A DNA stretch of 64,000 nucleotides from Antechinus flavipes (taxonomy: Eukaryota): the NCBI RefSeq assembly GCF_016432865.1, contig NC_067400.1:611878001-611942000 (forward strand), given 5' to 3'. The translations under genes and the position numbers were made by a program. Under the pieces are notes generated by a model. It did no database searches. It saw only the letters and a list, made by a program, of their open reading frames with translations, and was not told the DNA's origin. This document shows, one piece after another, positions 1 through 13,878 of the stretch (position 1 is the stretch's first letter; each line of letters opens with the position of its first letter).

Positions 1-377
1 GGGAATCCAGAAGGATCCAGCCCCGAGAGCTCAGGGGATCTGGTGGCTCTGCGCCTGGGGGGCTCAACTTGGCCATTTTTGAAAAGTGTTTGGTGACAGA
101 AGGGCACTTGGCTCTTGTAGGTTCCCTTTGGAATCCGGAGCATTTGATGGTTTAAAGGGCCCTCCTGAGGAGGGGCCCCAGGGGACCGCACATACCCCCC
201 CTTTAAGAGCCCCTCCTTTTGGTGGGTCAGAAGGCAGGAAGGGGGGCTGAGGGGGGTCCAGGTGAGCATTCTCAGTCTGCAGGGTGACCCCTGGGGACCC
301 TGGCAGGTGGAAGCAGACTCTGGATCTGGGGGTACGTTACCTTGGCCAAGAGCTGACCTGCCTCTCTCTCCCATCAG

Positions 378-3300
378 CCTTCACTTTCTTTGACCCCAAT
401 GACCCAGCCTGTCAGGAGATTCTGCTGGACCCACGGACCACCATCCCCGAGCTCTTTGCCATCATCCGCCAGTGGGTGCCCCAGGTTCAGCACAAGATTG
501 ACGTCATTGGCAATGAGGTGGGTGGAGGCCGCGGGTGGGGTGCGGGGGGTCCAGGACGGCCCTTCCCGGGGTGACAGCGGAACCCTTCCCCAGATCCTGC
601 GCCGTGGATGTCACGTGAATGACCGGGACGGGCTCACAGACATGACCCTGCTCCACTACGCCTGCAAAGCCGGCGCGCACGGCGTTGGTGAGTGGGCTGG
701 GCCCCCGGAGCCCCGGGAGCCATCTTTGAGTTCCTAAGATCCCAGGCCCTCGAGCTCCCTAATGCCAGCTCTCCTTAAGTTCTCGCCCCACCCCCGGCCT
801 GTGCCCACCCTGCCAACCTCCCCACAGGAGACCCGGTGGCCGCCGTCCGCCTGTCGCAGCAGCTGCTGGCCCTGGGGGGGGACGTGACCCTGCGGAGCCG
901 CTGGACAAACATGAACGCGCTCCATTACGCCGCGTATTTCGACGTCCCCGATCTCATCCGCGTGCTGCTAAAGGGGGCCCGGCCGCGAGGTATGGGGGAA
1001 GGCCCCGGCCTGTGGGGGAGGGAGGCCCAGACTGGTGGGGGGAGGGAGGCCCTGGCCTGTGGGGGAGGGAGGCCCAGACTGGTGGGGGGAGGGAGGCCCA
1101 GACTGGTGGGGGGGAGGCCCCGGCCTGTGGGGGAGGGAGGCCCAGACTGGTGGGGGGGAGGCTCAGATTGGTGGGGGGAGGGAGGCCCCGGCCTGTGGGG
1201 GAGGGAGGCCCAGACTGGTGGGGGGAGGGAGGCCCAGACTGGTGGGGGGAGGGAGGCCCAGACTGGTGGGGGGAGGGAGGCCCAGACTGGTGGGGGGGAG
1301 GCCCAGACTGGTGGGGGGAGGGAGGCCCAGACTGGTGGGGGGTGGGAGGCCCAGACTGGTGGGGGGTGGGAGGCCCAGACTAGTGGGGGGGAGGCCCCGG
1401 CCTGTGGGGGAGGGAGGCCCAGACTGGTGGGGGGTGGGGGGGAGTCTGGGACCCGAGGAGTCTCTGGCTACCCTGACCGGGCCCCTTCCTGCCCCCTCCT
1501 CCCTCTCCCCTCCTAGTGGTGAATTCGACTTGCAGTGACTTCAACCACGGCTCAGCCCTGCACATCGCAGCGTCCAACCTGTGCCTCGGGGCTGCCCGCT
1601 GCCTCCTGGAGCACGGGGCCAACCCTGCTCTGCGGGTACGTGAGCTGGCCCTAGGCCTGGCGCCCGGCTGCCCCCTGGGCCCGTCTCCCAGAAGCTGGGG
1701 GGGGGGTGCAGCCCGCGCCCCCTGACCACGGCTGTCCCCCCGCAGAACCGCAAGGGCCAAGTCCCGGCCGAGGTCGTCCCGGACCCCATGGACATGTCCC
1801 TGGACAAGGCTGAGGCCGCCCTCGTGGCCAAGGAGCTGAGGACGCTGCTGGAGGAGGCCGTGCCCCTGTCCTGCGCCCTCCCCAAGGTCACGTTGCCCAA
1901 CTACGACAACGTCCCGGGCAACCTCATGCTCAGTGCCCTCGGCCTTCGGCTCGGGGACCGGGTCCTGCTGGACGGCCAGAAGGTCAGGGGCCGCGGGAGC
2001 GGGGTCAGACGCGGGGGCGGGGGGCGGGCCTGGGTCAGCGGCTGGAAGGGGAGGTGGGAGTCGGCGTGAGGGGGGGCAGGGAAGCCCGCCCCCACCCTCA
2101 GTGCTCCGGATCTCTCCCCTCCAGGTGGGGACGCTGCGTTTCTGCGGGACCACGGAGTTCGCCAGCGGCCAGTGGGTTGGCGTGGAGCTGGACGAACCCG
2201 AGGGCAAGAACGACGGCAGCGTGGGGGGCGTGCGGTACTTCATCTGCCCCCCTAAGCAGGGTCAGTGCGGCGGCCCCCGGCCCTCTCCCGGGCTTTCTGT
2301 CCTGAACCTGGGCCCGACACCCCTGGGAGGGGCTGGGGGTCCCGGGGCAGCCCTGCTGACCCCCCTGCTCCCGCAGGGCTCTTTGCCTCCGTCTCCAAGG
2401 TGTCAAAAGCAGCCGACGCCCCTCCTTCCTCCGTCACCTCCACCCCTCGCACCCCTCGGATGGACTTTTCTCGGGTCACTGGCAAAGGCCGGAAGGAGCG
2501 CAAAGGTCAGAAGGGTCCCTGTGAGAGCCGGGAAGGCGTCCGGGGGGCTCTGGGGGGCCGGCTTCTGTCAGTCGCCCAGAAATGGCTGGGTCTGCTCCAG
2601 CTTCCGAAATAAGGAAGTGTTTGGAGCGTGGGGAGCCCTGGCTCACAGGCCCTAAGATCTGGGGGAGTCTCCCCACATTTAGATGTTCCAGGGCACACTT
2701 GAGTCCGGGGTTCGAGGAGCACCAGATGTTGGGACTGGGGGGTTTTGACCCTTTGTTCTGGGAAGTCTTGGGTGTAAGAGGCCCCCAAGGGAGGGAGGAA
2801 TTCTGCTCCCCGACATCCCGCCTCCTCCTTCCCCCTCCTCCAGCAAAGAAAAAGTCTCCATCATCCTCCCTGGGCAGCCTCCAGCGCGAGGGGCTGAAGG
2901 CCGAGGTTGGGGACCAGGTGCTGGTGGCCGGGCAGAAGCAGGGCGTGATTCGCTTCTATGGGAAAACGGACTTTGCCCCTGGTAAGGCAGAGGCTCCGGG
3001 GCGGGCGGGCGCTGGGAGGGTCGGAGAGGGGCTGAAGGGCCTCCCTGCGCCCCCAGGTTATTGGTTCGGCATCGAGCTCGACCACCCGACCGGGAAGCAC
3101 GACGGCTCCGTCTTCGGCGTCAGATACTTCACGTGTCCCCCTCGCCACGGGGTCTTTGCGCCCGCGTCCCGCATCCAGAGGTAAGCCCTGGGGCCAGAAA
3201 GCTGGGTACCCCCAGACCTGAGAGTCTCCCCCAAAAGTCAAAAACCCCAGAAATACATCCTGGACACGGGAAGCCCCGGAGCTGGATCAGGGTCCTCCCC

Positions 3301-4069
3301 AAAGCCTGGGAGCGGATTCTCGAGGACAGAGAAACCGGCACAGACCCCCCAGGTCCCCAGGAGGCCGGCAGCCCGTAGGGACTCCAGGCCCAGAGGCCGC
3401 CTCCCCAAGCAAAGGCCAAGACCCCCCCACCCCGGCGTCCCCAAGAGAACCTCTAGATCAGCGACGGCCGTCACCTCGCTCAGCCCCGCTTGTCTGTCTC
3501 CCCGGCCCCCTGACGCAGACCCCCTTGTTTCTCCAGAATCGGCGGCTCCACTGACCCCCCCAAGGACAACATCACAGCCAAGAAAGTCCAAGTGACCAGT
3601 GGGTGTGAGGGACTCGGGGGGTCTGGGGGTGCATGAGGGGGGAGGCCCCAGGAGGGGCAGGGGAGACTGGGAAGGGGGAGGGGGAGGGGAGACCCGGGAG
3701 GCCCCCACCCTGACCACCACTGCCTTTCCCCAGTGACTCAGCCAAAACGTACGTTCCCAACTGTCCGGACTCCCAAGGACATCACGTCCGAGAACTCCAT
3801 CTCCAGGTATGGGGGAGGGGGCGGTCCCTGGCCTGAGCTAGCTGAGGGGCCAAGGGGCGGCCGGGAGCGGAACAAAGATGGCGTGGGAGGGGTCGCGATC
3901 AGCAGGAGCGGGGCCCACTCGTGGCAGAGGGGATGGGCCAGGGGGCAGTGCCAGCGCTGGAGGCGGGAGGCCCGGCTTCCTGGGCACCATCCCTCCTCCC
4001 CTTCCTCCTCCCAGGTTACTCTTCTGTTGCTGGTTTCCTTGGATGCTTCGGGCAGAAATGCAGTCGTAG
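378..4069 (+). CDS. CLIP3: CAP-Gly domain-containing linker protein 3 (CLIPR-59), last 12 coding exons; the start exon lies upstream of the window
   Basis: Exons 378-517, 594-687, 828-989, 1517-1635, 1746-1982, 2125-2260, 2377-2505, 2844-2981, 3057-3180, 3537-3598, 3734-3806, 4015-4069, all GT-AG and phase-consistent. Ankyrin repeats ([28 protein letters not shown]), two CAP-Gly motifs (GKNDG, GKHDG) and the C-terminus [17 protein letters not shown] are present. Confidence 0.97.
995..1437 (+). repeat. G-rich VNTR in a CLIP3 intron (~25-26 bp unit)
   Basis: Tandem GGGAGGGAGGCCCAGACTGGTGGGG with an interspersed variant unit GGAGGCCCCGGCCTGTGGG. Confidence 0.9.
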
Positions 4070-4579
4070 GAGCCAGGAGCCGCGGTGGACTCTGGACCAG
4101 AGACCCTAATCGTCCCCCAGTATATGACCCCCAGCTCGCCCCGGATGTACCAGCCCCGAGTCCCCCCAGTATTCCACCCCTCCGGATCAGACCCCAGTTA
4201 ACGTGGGCACCAGTGTCAGACTTATCCCTTACTCATCACTGACCGCGCCATCCGATCTCCCCTCAGAGACACTGACCCCCGGTCAGCCCCAGACGGCCCG
4301 AAATGACCCCAAATTGTCCCCTTCCCCTGACCCTTGGTGACCCCCTCAGTGACTCCCTATAACCCCCAGTGCCTTGATATTCACAATTAGCCCCTCCCCC
4401 TTAGAGAAATCTCTATTTTTTAAGACACTACACCCCCGGGCCCACCCCCGGGCCCTCCCGGATCCTGGCCAAGCCCCACGCTCACATTAGGGCCCCCAAA
4501 GCCGCCTGGGGTGTCGCTCACTGACCCGCATGCCCCCTCCCCCAACTCAGCATGCCCCCCCCCCCCTCCGCCTGGCTTC

Positions 4580-4585
4580 AATAAA
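4580..4585 (+). terminator. CLIP3 polyadenylation signal
   Basis: AATAAA ~510 nt after the stop, followed by a G/T-rich stretch. Confidence 0.8.
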
Positions 4586-6409
4586 GACATTTCTATGGCC
4601 AAGGGTCTTGGGTCACTTTGAGTCATTATGGGGTTTGGAGCCCCCGGGCCCTCCGAGGCGGGGAGGGGACTTTGGGCCTTGTCGGTCTCCCTTCCCGCTC
4701 ACGGCCCCCTCGGGAGCCTCAGGGATGCAGGGGAGTGCTGCCGGGGCCCACCCACCCCTGGGGCAGGGAGGAGCTGGCAGGCTGGGCTGGAGCCCGTTCT
4801 GGCTGCCTTCCCACCTGGCATGGAACCATCCTTGGGCAAAGGAGAGGAAAAGGAAGAGCCCGGAGGCTGGCGGGAGCCGAGGCCTCGGCCTGGCGCTGCC
4901 CAAGGGAGACTTTGGCCGTGCTGGGTCAGCAGGCGGCCCAAGAGTCGGCTCCCCAGGGTCCAGCCCGGCTTCTCAGCCGGCCGTTTCCCCTGGCCCGTGC
5001 CCAGCTCCCGTCCCACGTCTCAGGCCCTCATCTCTCCCCGAGATCAGCCGCATCCTATGGACATTTCCACCTAAATATGGCTCCGCAAAACTCCACACTT
5101 ACAGACCAGCTCGTTCCCTTTCTCTAAAACCCATTTTACAGAATCCCCATTTAATCTCTGGGAGGCAAGTGGTGTGATGATACCCATTTACAGATGAGGA
5201 AACTGAAGCAGACAGGTTAGCCCATGTGCTCAGGGTTGCACAGCTGGTGAACATCTTACATCTCTCAAAAGACTCGGCTCTTTCTGGCCTCATGTTCTAT
5301 CCTCTGCATCACCTGGTAATTACTCTGCCTCTAAAGCCCCCCCCTGACCCTCCACTGACACAGCCCCTCCCCAAGTTCCCTGCCCCCTTCCCTGGACAAT
5401 GCCAGTCCTCCACCTGGCAGAGAAGCGTCTGGGTCTGTGTGCTTGTACCCCTCCAGACAGAAGGTAATGATAACTAATTAATAAAATAATCACAATTATA
5501 AAATCATTAATCATCATCATCATCATTAACAATACCTCTCCATACTACAAAAGCCTGGGAGAAATCATTGCCTCCAGTGACCTGGCCACGACTTGTTGTT
5601 CTTCAGTTCAGGTCCGACGGCAGAGACCCCGACTGCTGCCACGTTTCCCTCCCCAGCTCATTTTATCAGTGAGGAAACCAAGGCAGACGGGCTGAAATGA
5701 CTTGCCAGCTAGTCAGTGTCTGGGGTTAGATTTGAACTCGGGCCTTTTTGCCCCCAAGAGCAGGGCTCTGTGCACCGGGGCTCCCCCGGCTGCCCTAACA
5801 GCTGAGGAGACAAGAGGCCCTTCTTGAGCTGTTTCTGCACTCACAGAACCAATGGCTGAATCCTTGGCGGTTTTGTCTGTTTGTTTGATGGAAACAGACA
5901 CACGAGACCGGATTTGGGATCGGGTTTTTACTACCATACAAAAAAGTTGCTCTTTTATGAGCGCGGGCGTCTTGTCCCAAGGAAATAGTAGAAACTGTAC
6001 AGGGCACAAAAATCAGCATCTCCTGAATACCTAGAAATGGGTATCGTGCAGCCAGATTTAGATGCCAGATGCTCATTAACCTTCATAGATTAACAGATGA
6101 TAAAGCCCCGAGCTACAAATAGAGACACCAAACTATTTTGGAGAATGCTACAAATAAATTGTACTAAAACTGGAGAATTATCACAGAAAAGACTGCTGCC
6201 CACAAGCACCCAAACACGATATCCATGCAGGGATCATAACAATGATAATAATAGCATTTTATATTTTGTTTTATTTTTCTAAGTACAAAATGCTATTATA
6301 AAATATAAATAAATATAACTATAGACACAATGGTTGGTTGATGTCATTTAGGTGCTCTTTCAGAAGGAAGGACAACAGCCAACCATCGTCTCTATGTGAT
6401 TATATTTAT

Positions 6410-7370
6410 TTATATGTTATAAGAGCAGTTTATACTTATATTTTGTTTATATTTACATTTATAAGAGTATTTTATATATTACATATCACACAATTCATAT
6501 TTTTACAATAGCATTTGTATTTTGCTTTATTTATAATGGTATTTTTACAAATTACTTATGGTTTATAGTTCATATATTTATATTTTATAATAGCAGTTTA
6601 CTGACACTTATATTTTGTTTATATTTACATTTATAGTAGTGTTTTATATTTTATATATTATATATTGTATTTATATAGTTTATATTTTTACAATAGCATT
6701 TGTATTTTGCTTTGTTTATAATGGCATTTTTACAAATTATATTTTATAGTTCATATATTTATATTTTATAATAGCAGTTTACTGACACTTATATTTTGTT
6801 TATATTTACATGTATAATAGTGTTTTATATTTTATATATTATATATTGTATTTATATAGTTCATATTTTTAAAATAGCATTTTATATTTTACTTTGTTTA
6901 TAATGGCATTTTTACATTTTACTATAAACTTACAGTTTAGATATAACTTATAGTTTATAGTTCACATATTTAATTTTATAATAGCAGTTTACTGACACTT
7001 ATATTTTGTTTATATTTACATGTATAATAGTGTTTTATATTTTATATATTATATATTGTATTTATATAGTTTATATTTTTACAATAGCATTTGTATTTTG
7101 CTTTGTTTATAATGGCATTTTTACAAATTACTTATATTTTATAGTTCATATATTTATATTTTATAATAGCAGTTTACTTATATTTTGTGTTTATATTTAT
7201 ATTTATGATAGTATTTTACATTTTATATAGTTGATATTTTTATAATGGCATTTTGTATTTTATTTTGTTTATAATGGCAGTTTTACAGATTATTCTTTCT
7301 AGTTCATATATTTATATTTTATAATAGAATTTATATTTTCTATTTTTATGTTTTTATAATAGCATATTTG
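6410..7370. repeat. AT-rich degenerate tandem repeat, ~172-210 bp unit, ~5 copies
   Basis: CTTATATTTTGT(T/G)T recurs at 6435, 6607, 6788, 6998 and 7177, with shared blocks such as ATAATAGCAGTTTACT and TAGTTCATAT. Confidence 0.85.
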
Positions 7371-7629
7371 TAGTTAAGATCTGCAAAGCTCTTTTATTAT
7401 TCATGTTCTATATTACTTCATTTTATCTTTATGCCAGTCCTTCGTGGGAGGAAGATGCCATTATTATTTTTATTTTACAGATGAGGAAATTGAGGTAGAC
7501 AAAGACTGAGTCCAGAGTTCCGCCACTATGAAAATCTGAGGCTGGTTTAGAATCCAGGCCTTCCTGACTCCCGGTCTGCCGTCCACTTTCTGTCTTCCAA
7601 CGTAATACTCCATCTCTTAAGGGTAACGT

Positions 7630-8620
7630 GACGCCGGGGCCCCACTTTGTGCCTTCTCACTGTTGCTGAGGCTTAGGATGCCTCTCTCCCTCGCCCTCCC
7701 GGCTTCCTTTAAGGCTCGGCTCAGCTAAGTCCCTCCTACTGCAAGAAGCCTTCCCCGAGTCCGTCCCTGCCTCTGAGATGACCTCCTCATTGCCCCTTCC
7801 GTACTTCTTGCCCATGCGTAGTTGTTTGCATGTTGTCTCACCCATTAGATTCTAAATTTCTTTAGAATGGGGACGAGGGATACCCAGAGCTTAGTGCCTA
7901 ACACAGCAAGTATTAATAAAATAAATAAATAAATAAATTGAATGAAATAATAAAGAAACAGATCGTGTCCGACCGTCCTCCTCCCTCTTCTTTGCTGGGA
8001 CTTTCTTCGTCTCTCTCTCGCCCTCCCACTACAGAGGCCCCTCAGGGACCTCTTCTTTTCATACTATTTCACATGGGGATCTCATCAGCTCCCCCATAAC
8101 TCTCAATCTACCTTTTCTGTCTGTTGCCTCTGCCAACCCATCTCCAATCTCCCACTGCCTTTCAGCGTCTAGGCCGGAATGTCCAACAGACATATTAAAC
8201 TTAGTATGTCCCGAACCGAACTCCCGATCCTCCCCTTTAACCGGCCCATCTTCCCTTTTACGGGAGAGGGCAACCTCACAGCTCCCCTGCCCCAGGCTCA
8301 CAGACCCCTCCCCCTCCCAATCCCAGTGGGGCTGTCAGTTTCACCTTTGCAGAATCCCTTGTAGATTTCCCCTTCGCTGCGTCTATCCAGGACTCCCTCC
8401 CCCTTCCTCTCCCCTGACTGGCGAAGATCCCCACCTGGAATATTGCTTCTGGGGGGGGGGGGGGGGCGGGGCCTGCCTGGTTTCCCGACTCCATTCTCCA
8501 TCCAGCCACTAAAGTGATTTTCCTAAAGTTCAGGTGGGACTATATAGTTCCTAGAAGTTTACTTATACAGATTTATTTACTCTCTAAACTCCATTGTTTC
8601 CTCATCTTCAGAATCAAACA
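7630..8620 (+). mobile_element. L2 LINE 3' fragments (decayed)
   Basis: L2-like motifs (GAAGCCTTCCC, CCCATTAGATT...TTAGTGCCTAACACAG...AATAAA, ATGTCC..AAC.GAACTC), recognised by eye. Confidence 0.55.
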
Positions 8621-8635
8621 CAAAAAAACTGTTGG

Positions 8636-8784
8636 CTGTATTGGACTACCTGCCAGCTAGGGGAGGGGGTGGGGGGAAGGAGGGGAAAATTTGGAACAAA
8701 AGGTTTTACAAGAGTCAATGTTGGAAAAATTACCAATCCCTATGTTTTGTAAATAAAAAGCTTTAATTAAAAAAAAAAAAAAAG
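8636..8784 (+). mobile_element. 5'-truncated marsupial L1 3' end with poly(A) tail and target-site duplication
   Basis: GGAAAATTTGGAACAAAAGGTTTT...AATAAAAAGCTTT then an A-tract; CTGTTGG flanks both sides (8629-8635, 8785-8791). Confidence 0.75.
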
Positions 8785-8822
8785 CTGTTGGATATCCAAA
8801 AGCCTTCATAACCCGGCCAGTG

Positions 8823-9050
8823 AGGGGCTGCCCGGTGGTGCAGTGGATCCAGCACTGGGCCTGGAGTCAGGATGACCTAAATTCTAAACACAGCCTCCCA
8901 TTAATTGTGTGACTCCAGGGAAGTCAGCTTCTGCCTCAGTTTCTTCCGCTGTAAAATGGGAATAATAACAGTACATATCTCCCAGGATGGTTTTTTTTTT
9001 AAAACAATTGCAATATTTGTAGAGTACCTGGCCCATAATAGGCGCTTAAT
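8823..9050 (+). mobile_element. CORE-SINE (MAR1/MIR-like)
   Basis: GGTGGTGCAGTGGA..GCACTGGGCCTGGAGTCAGG head plus the CTCAGTTTC..CTGTAAAATGGG core. Confidence 0.75.
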
Positions 9051-9539
9051 GTTTATTGACCAATCGCTACTGCACTTATCCCAGAAATGCTTTCAGAGTG
9101 TTTTAAAGAGGAGCTCCCATGGCAAAAGCGAAGTCACTTTATCCAAGTGCCTTACAATCTATAACAAATAAAACCGAGAAAGAATAACAACAAAATAGGA
9201 GGTATTCGTTCCTGGAGCGTTTCTATTGGAACTCGGTCAAATATAAAAGATGAGAATGAGGTGGATGATGATGTTGATGACATCGCCATCTGGCTGTTAC
9301 CCTATCATTTTCATTTTATTTTCAAAATAAGGTAATACGGGTACCACGATGCCCATTTTACAGATGCAGGAACGGAGGGGCTTTGCTTTTTGCATTTGTA
9401 TAGTAGGCGTACGGTTACCCACCGTTATGGTCACGTGAGGGGTCGTAAGATGATGTTCTGCTTTCTCACTGGTCCTTGGGGTTGAGGCACTGACACGTGA
9501 AGAGAGGGATGGTAAGGGTAAGCTGAGAAGGACAAGCAC

Positions 9540-9922
9540 GGAGATTGGCCAAGATCTCAACAAAGCCCGCCTCTGTATTCTTCCGACCGACTGACTGAAG
9601 AGTAGGAGAAACAAGAAGGGAAGGCTTGGAAACTCTGGGATTGGACAATTCTAAGAGATTTCTCATTGGTCAGATTCTCTGGAACACCCTTTCTTTGGGC
9701 GGAACCGTAGAGAAGACGGTGAGGGGGCGGGGCCCCTTAGTATCTAGGCAGATGATTGGGCAAAGACTGTAGCCGCGAACCGTCCATTGGAAAGAACAGG
9801 TGACCGTCTCAGAGTCCGGAAGTCATGAAGGCCGTGGTCGAGACCATAGAGAGAGCAACGCAGGGGTGAAAATAGAATAGAGTTTGAGGGCCGAACCAGG
9901 CCGGGCCGCTGGCCGGCTGAAG
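9540..9922 (+). promoter_or_regulatory. ALKBH6 promoter and probable non-coding exon 1
   Basis: Five ATTGG (CCAAT) boxes at 9544, 9640, 9665, 9755, 9786; GC box 9724-9733; ETS site CCGGAAGT 9816-9823; donor AAG|GTGAGA after 9922. Confidence 0.7.
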
Positions 9923-10462
9923 GTGAGACCCGTGAAAACTAAAGGGCAGGAAGTGCAGGGGAAATCAGGGAAAAGATTAGTTTTGGGGTTATCAGTAAGT
10001 GAACTCGCCCTATAGAAGGAGGGAGAGAAGTGGGTTAGTCCAAGATTTGGGAATCAATTTAGTGGAATGAGGGGTGTATGTGGACGAATGGTTTGGTCCG
10101 GGATGGGTGGAGGACAAGAAAGGTTTGGTTCAGGGATGAGCGGGAATGGTTTGGTCCCGGATGGGGGTGGTGACGAAGAATGGTTTGATCCAGAATGGGC
10201 GGGGCAAATTTTTATGGGCGGGGCAAATAGGGAATAGTTTGGTCCGGGGTGGGGAGGAAGCGAGGGAATGGTTTGGTTCGGGGCGGGAAAAGGTCTGGGG
10301 ATGGGCGGGGAAAGAGAATGGCTTAATCTGTAAGGGGGGAGGGGAAAATGGGGAGGGGCGTGGAGTGGTCCAGGATGGGGAATAATGGGTTGGTCCAGGA
10401 TGGTAGGGGCAGGAGGAAGGTTGGGAGGGAGGGGAAGTTGTAGGACGAGGAGTTGGTCCTAG

Positions 10463-13480
<3,018 letters not shown>

Positions 13481-13494
13481 TAAGATCCCTGCTC

Positions 13495-13725
13495 ACTGAG
13501 GGAGGAGGCAGAGGCTGGGGGAGGGGGGAGACACCTGGTCACTGAGGGAGGATGCTGGGGGATGGGGCAGAGGGTAGTGAGGGAGGAGGCAGAGGCTGGG
13601 GGAGGGGGGAGACACCTGGTCACTGAGGGAGGATGCTGGGGATGGGGCAGACAGGTAGTGAGGGAGGAGGCAGAGGCTGGGGGAGGGGGGAGACACCTGG
13701 TCACTGAGGGAGGATGCTGGGATGG
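13495..13725 (+). repeat. ~80 bp purine-rich tandem repeat, ~3 copies, between ALKBH6 and SYNE4
   Basis: CACTGAGGGAGGATGCTGGGGATGGGGCAGA...GGAGACACCTGGT repeated at 13540, 13621, 13700, with a partial copy at 13495. Confidence 0.9.
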
Positions 13726-13878
13726 GAGGTGCATTGGTCATTGGGGGAGGGAGGAGACAGGGAGAAGGCAGGGGCTGGGGGACCAGGGGCTTGGGTCCCT
13801 TCAGGAACAGGGCGGCTGGATCCCCAGGGGCCAGAGGGAAGACCAGGCTTCAGGAATGAAGGGGTTACAGTTACTCAA

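Noticed and set aside
1012-1538. G/W/E-repeat ORFs in the CLIP3 intron
   Set aside because: They are translations of the VNTR.
2982-3056. In-frame 75-bp CLIP3 intron as a retained coding insert
   Set aside because: It has canonical splice sites and would disrupt the CAP-Gly fold; stop-free short introns are expected at this GC content.
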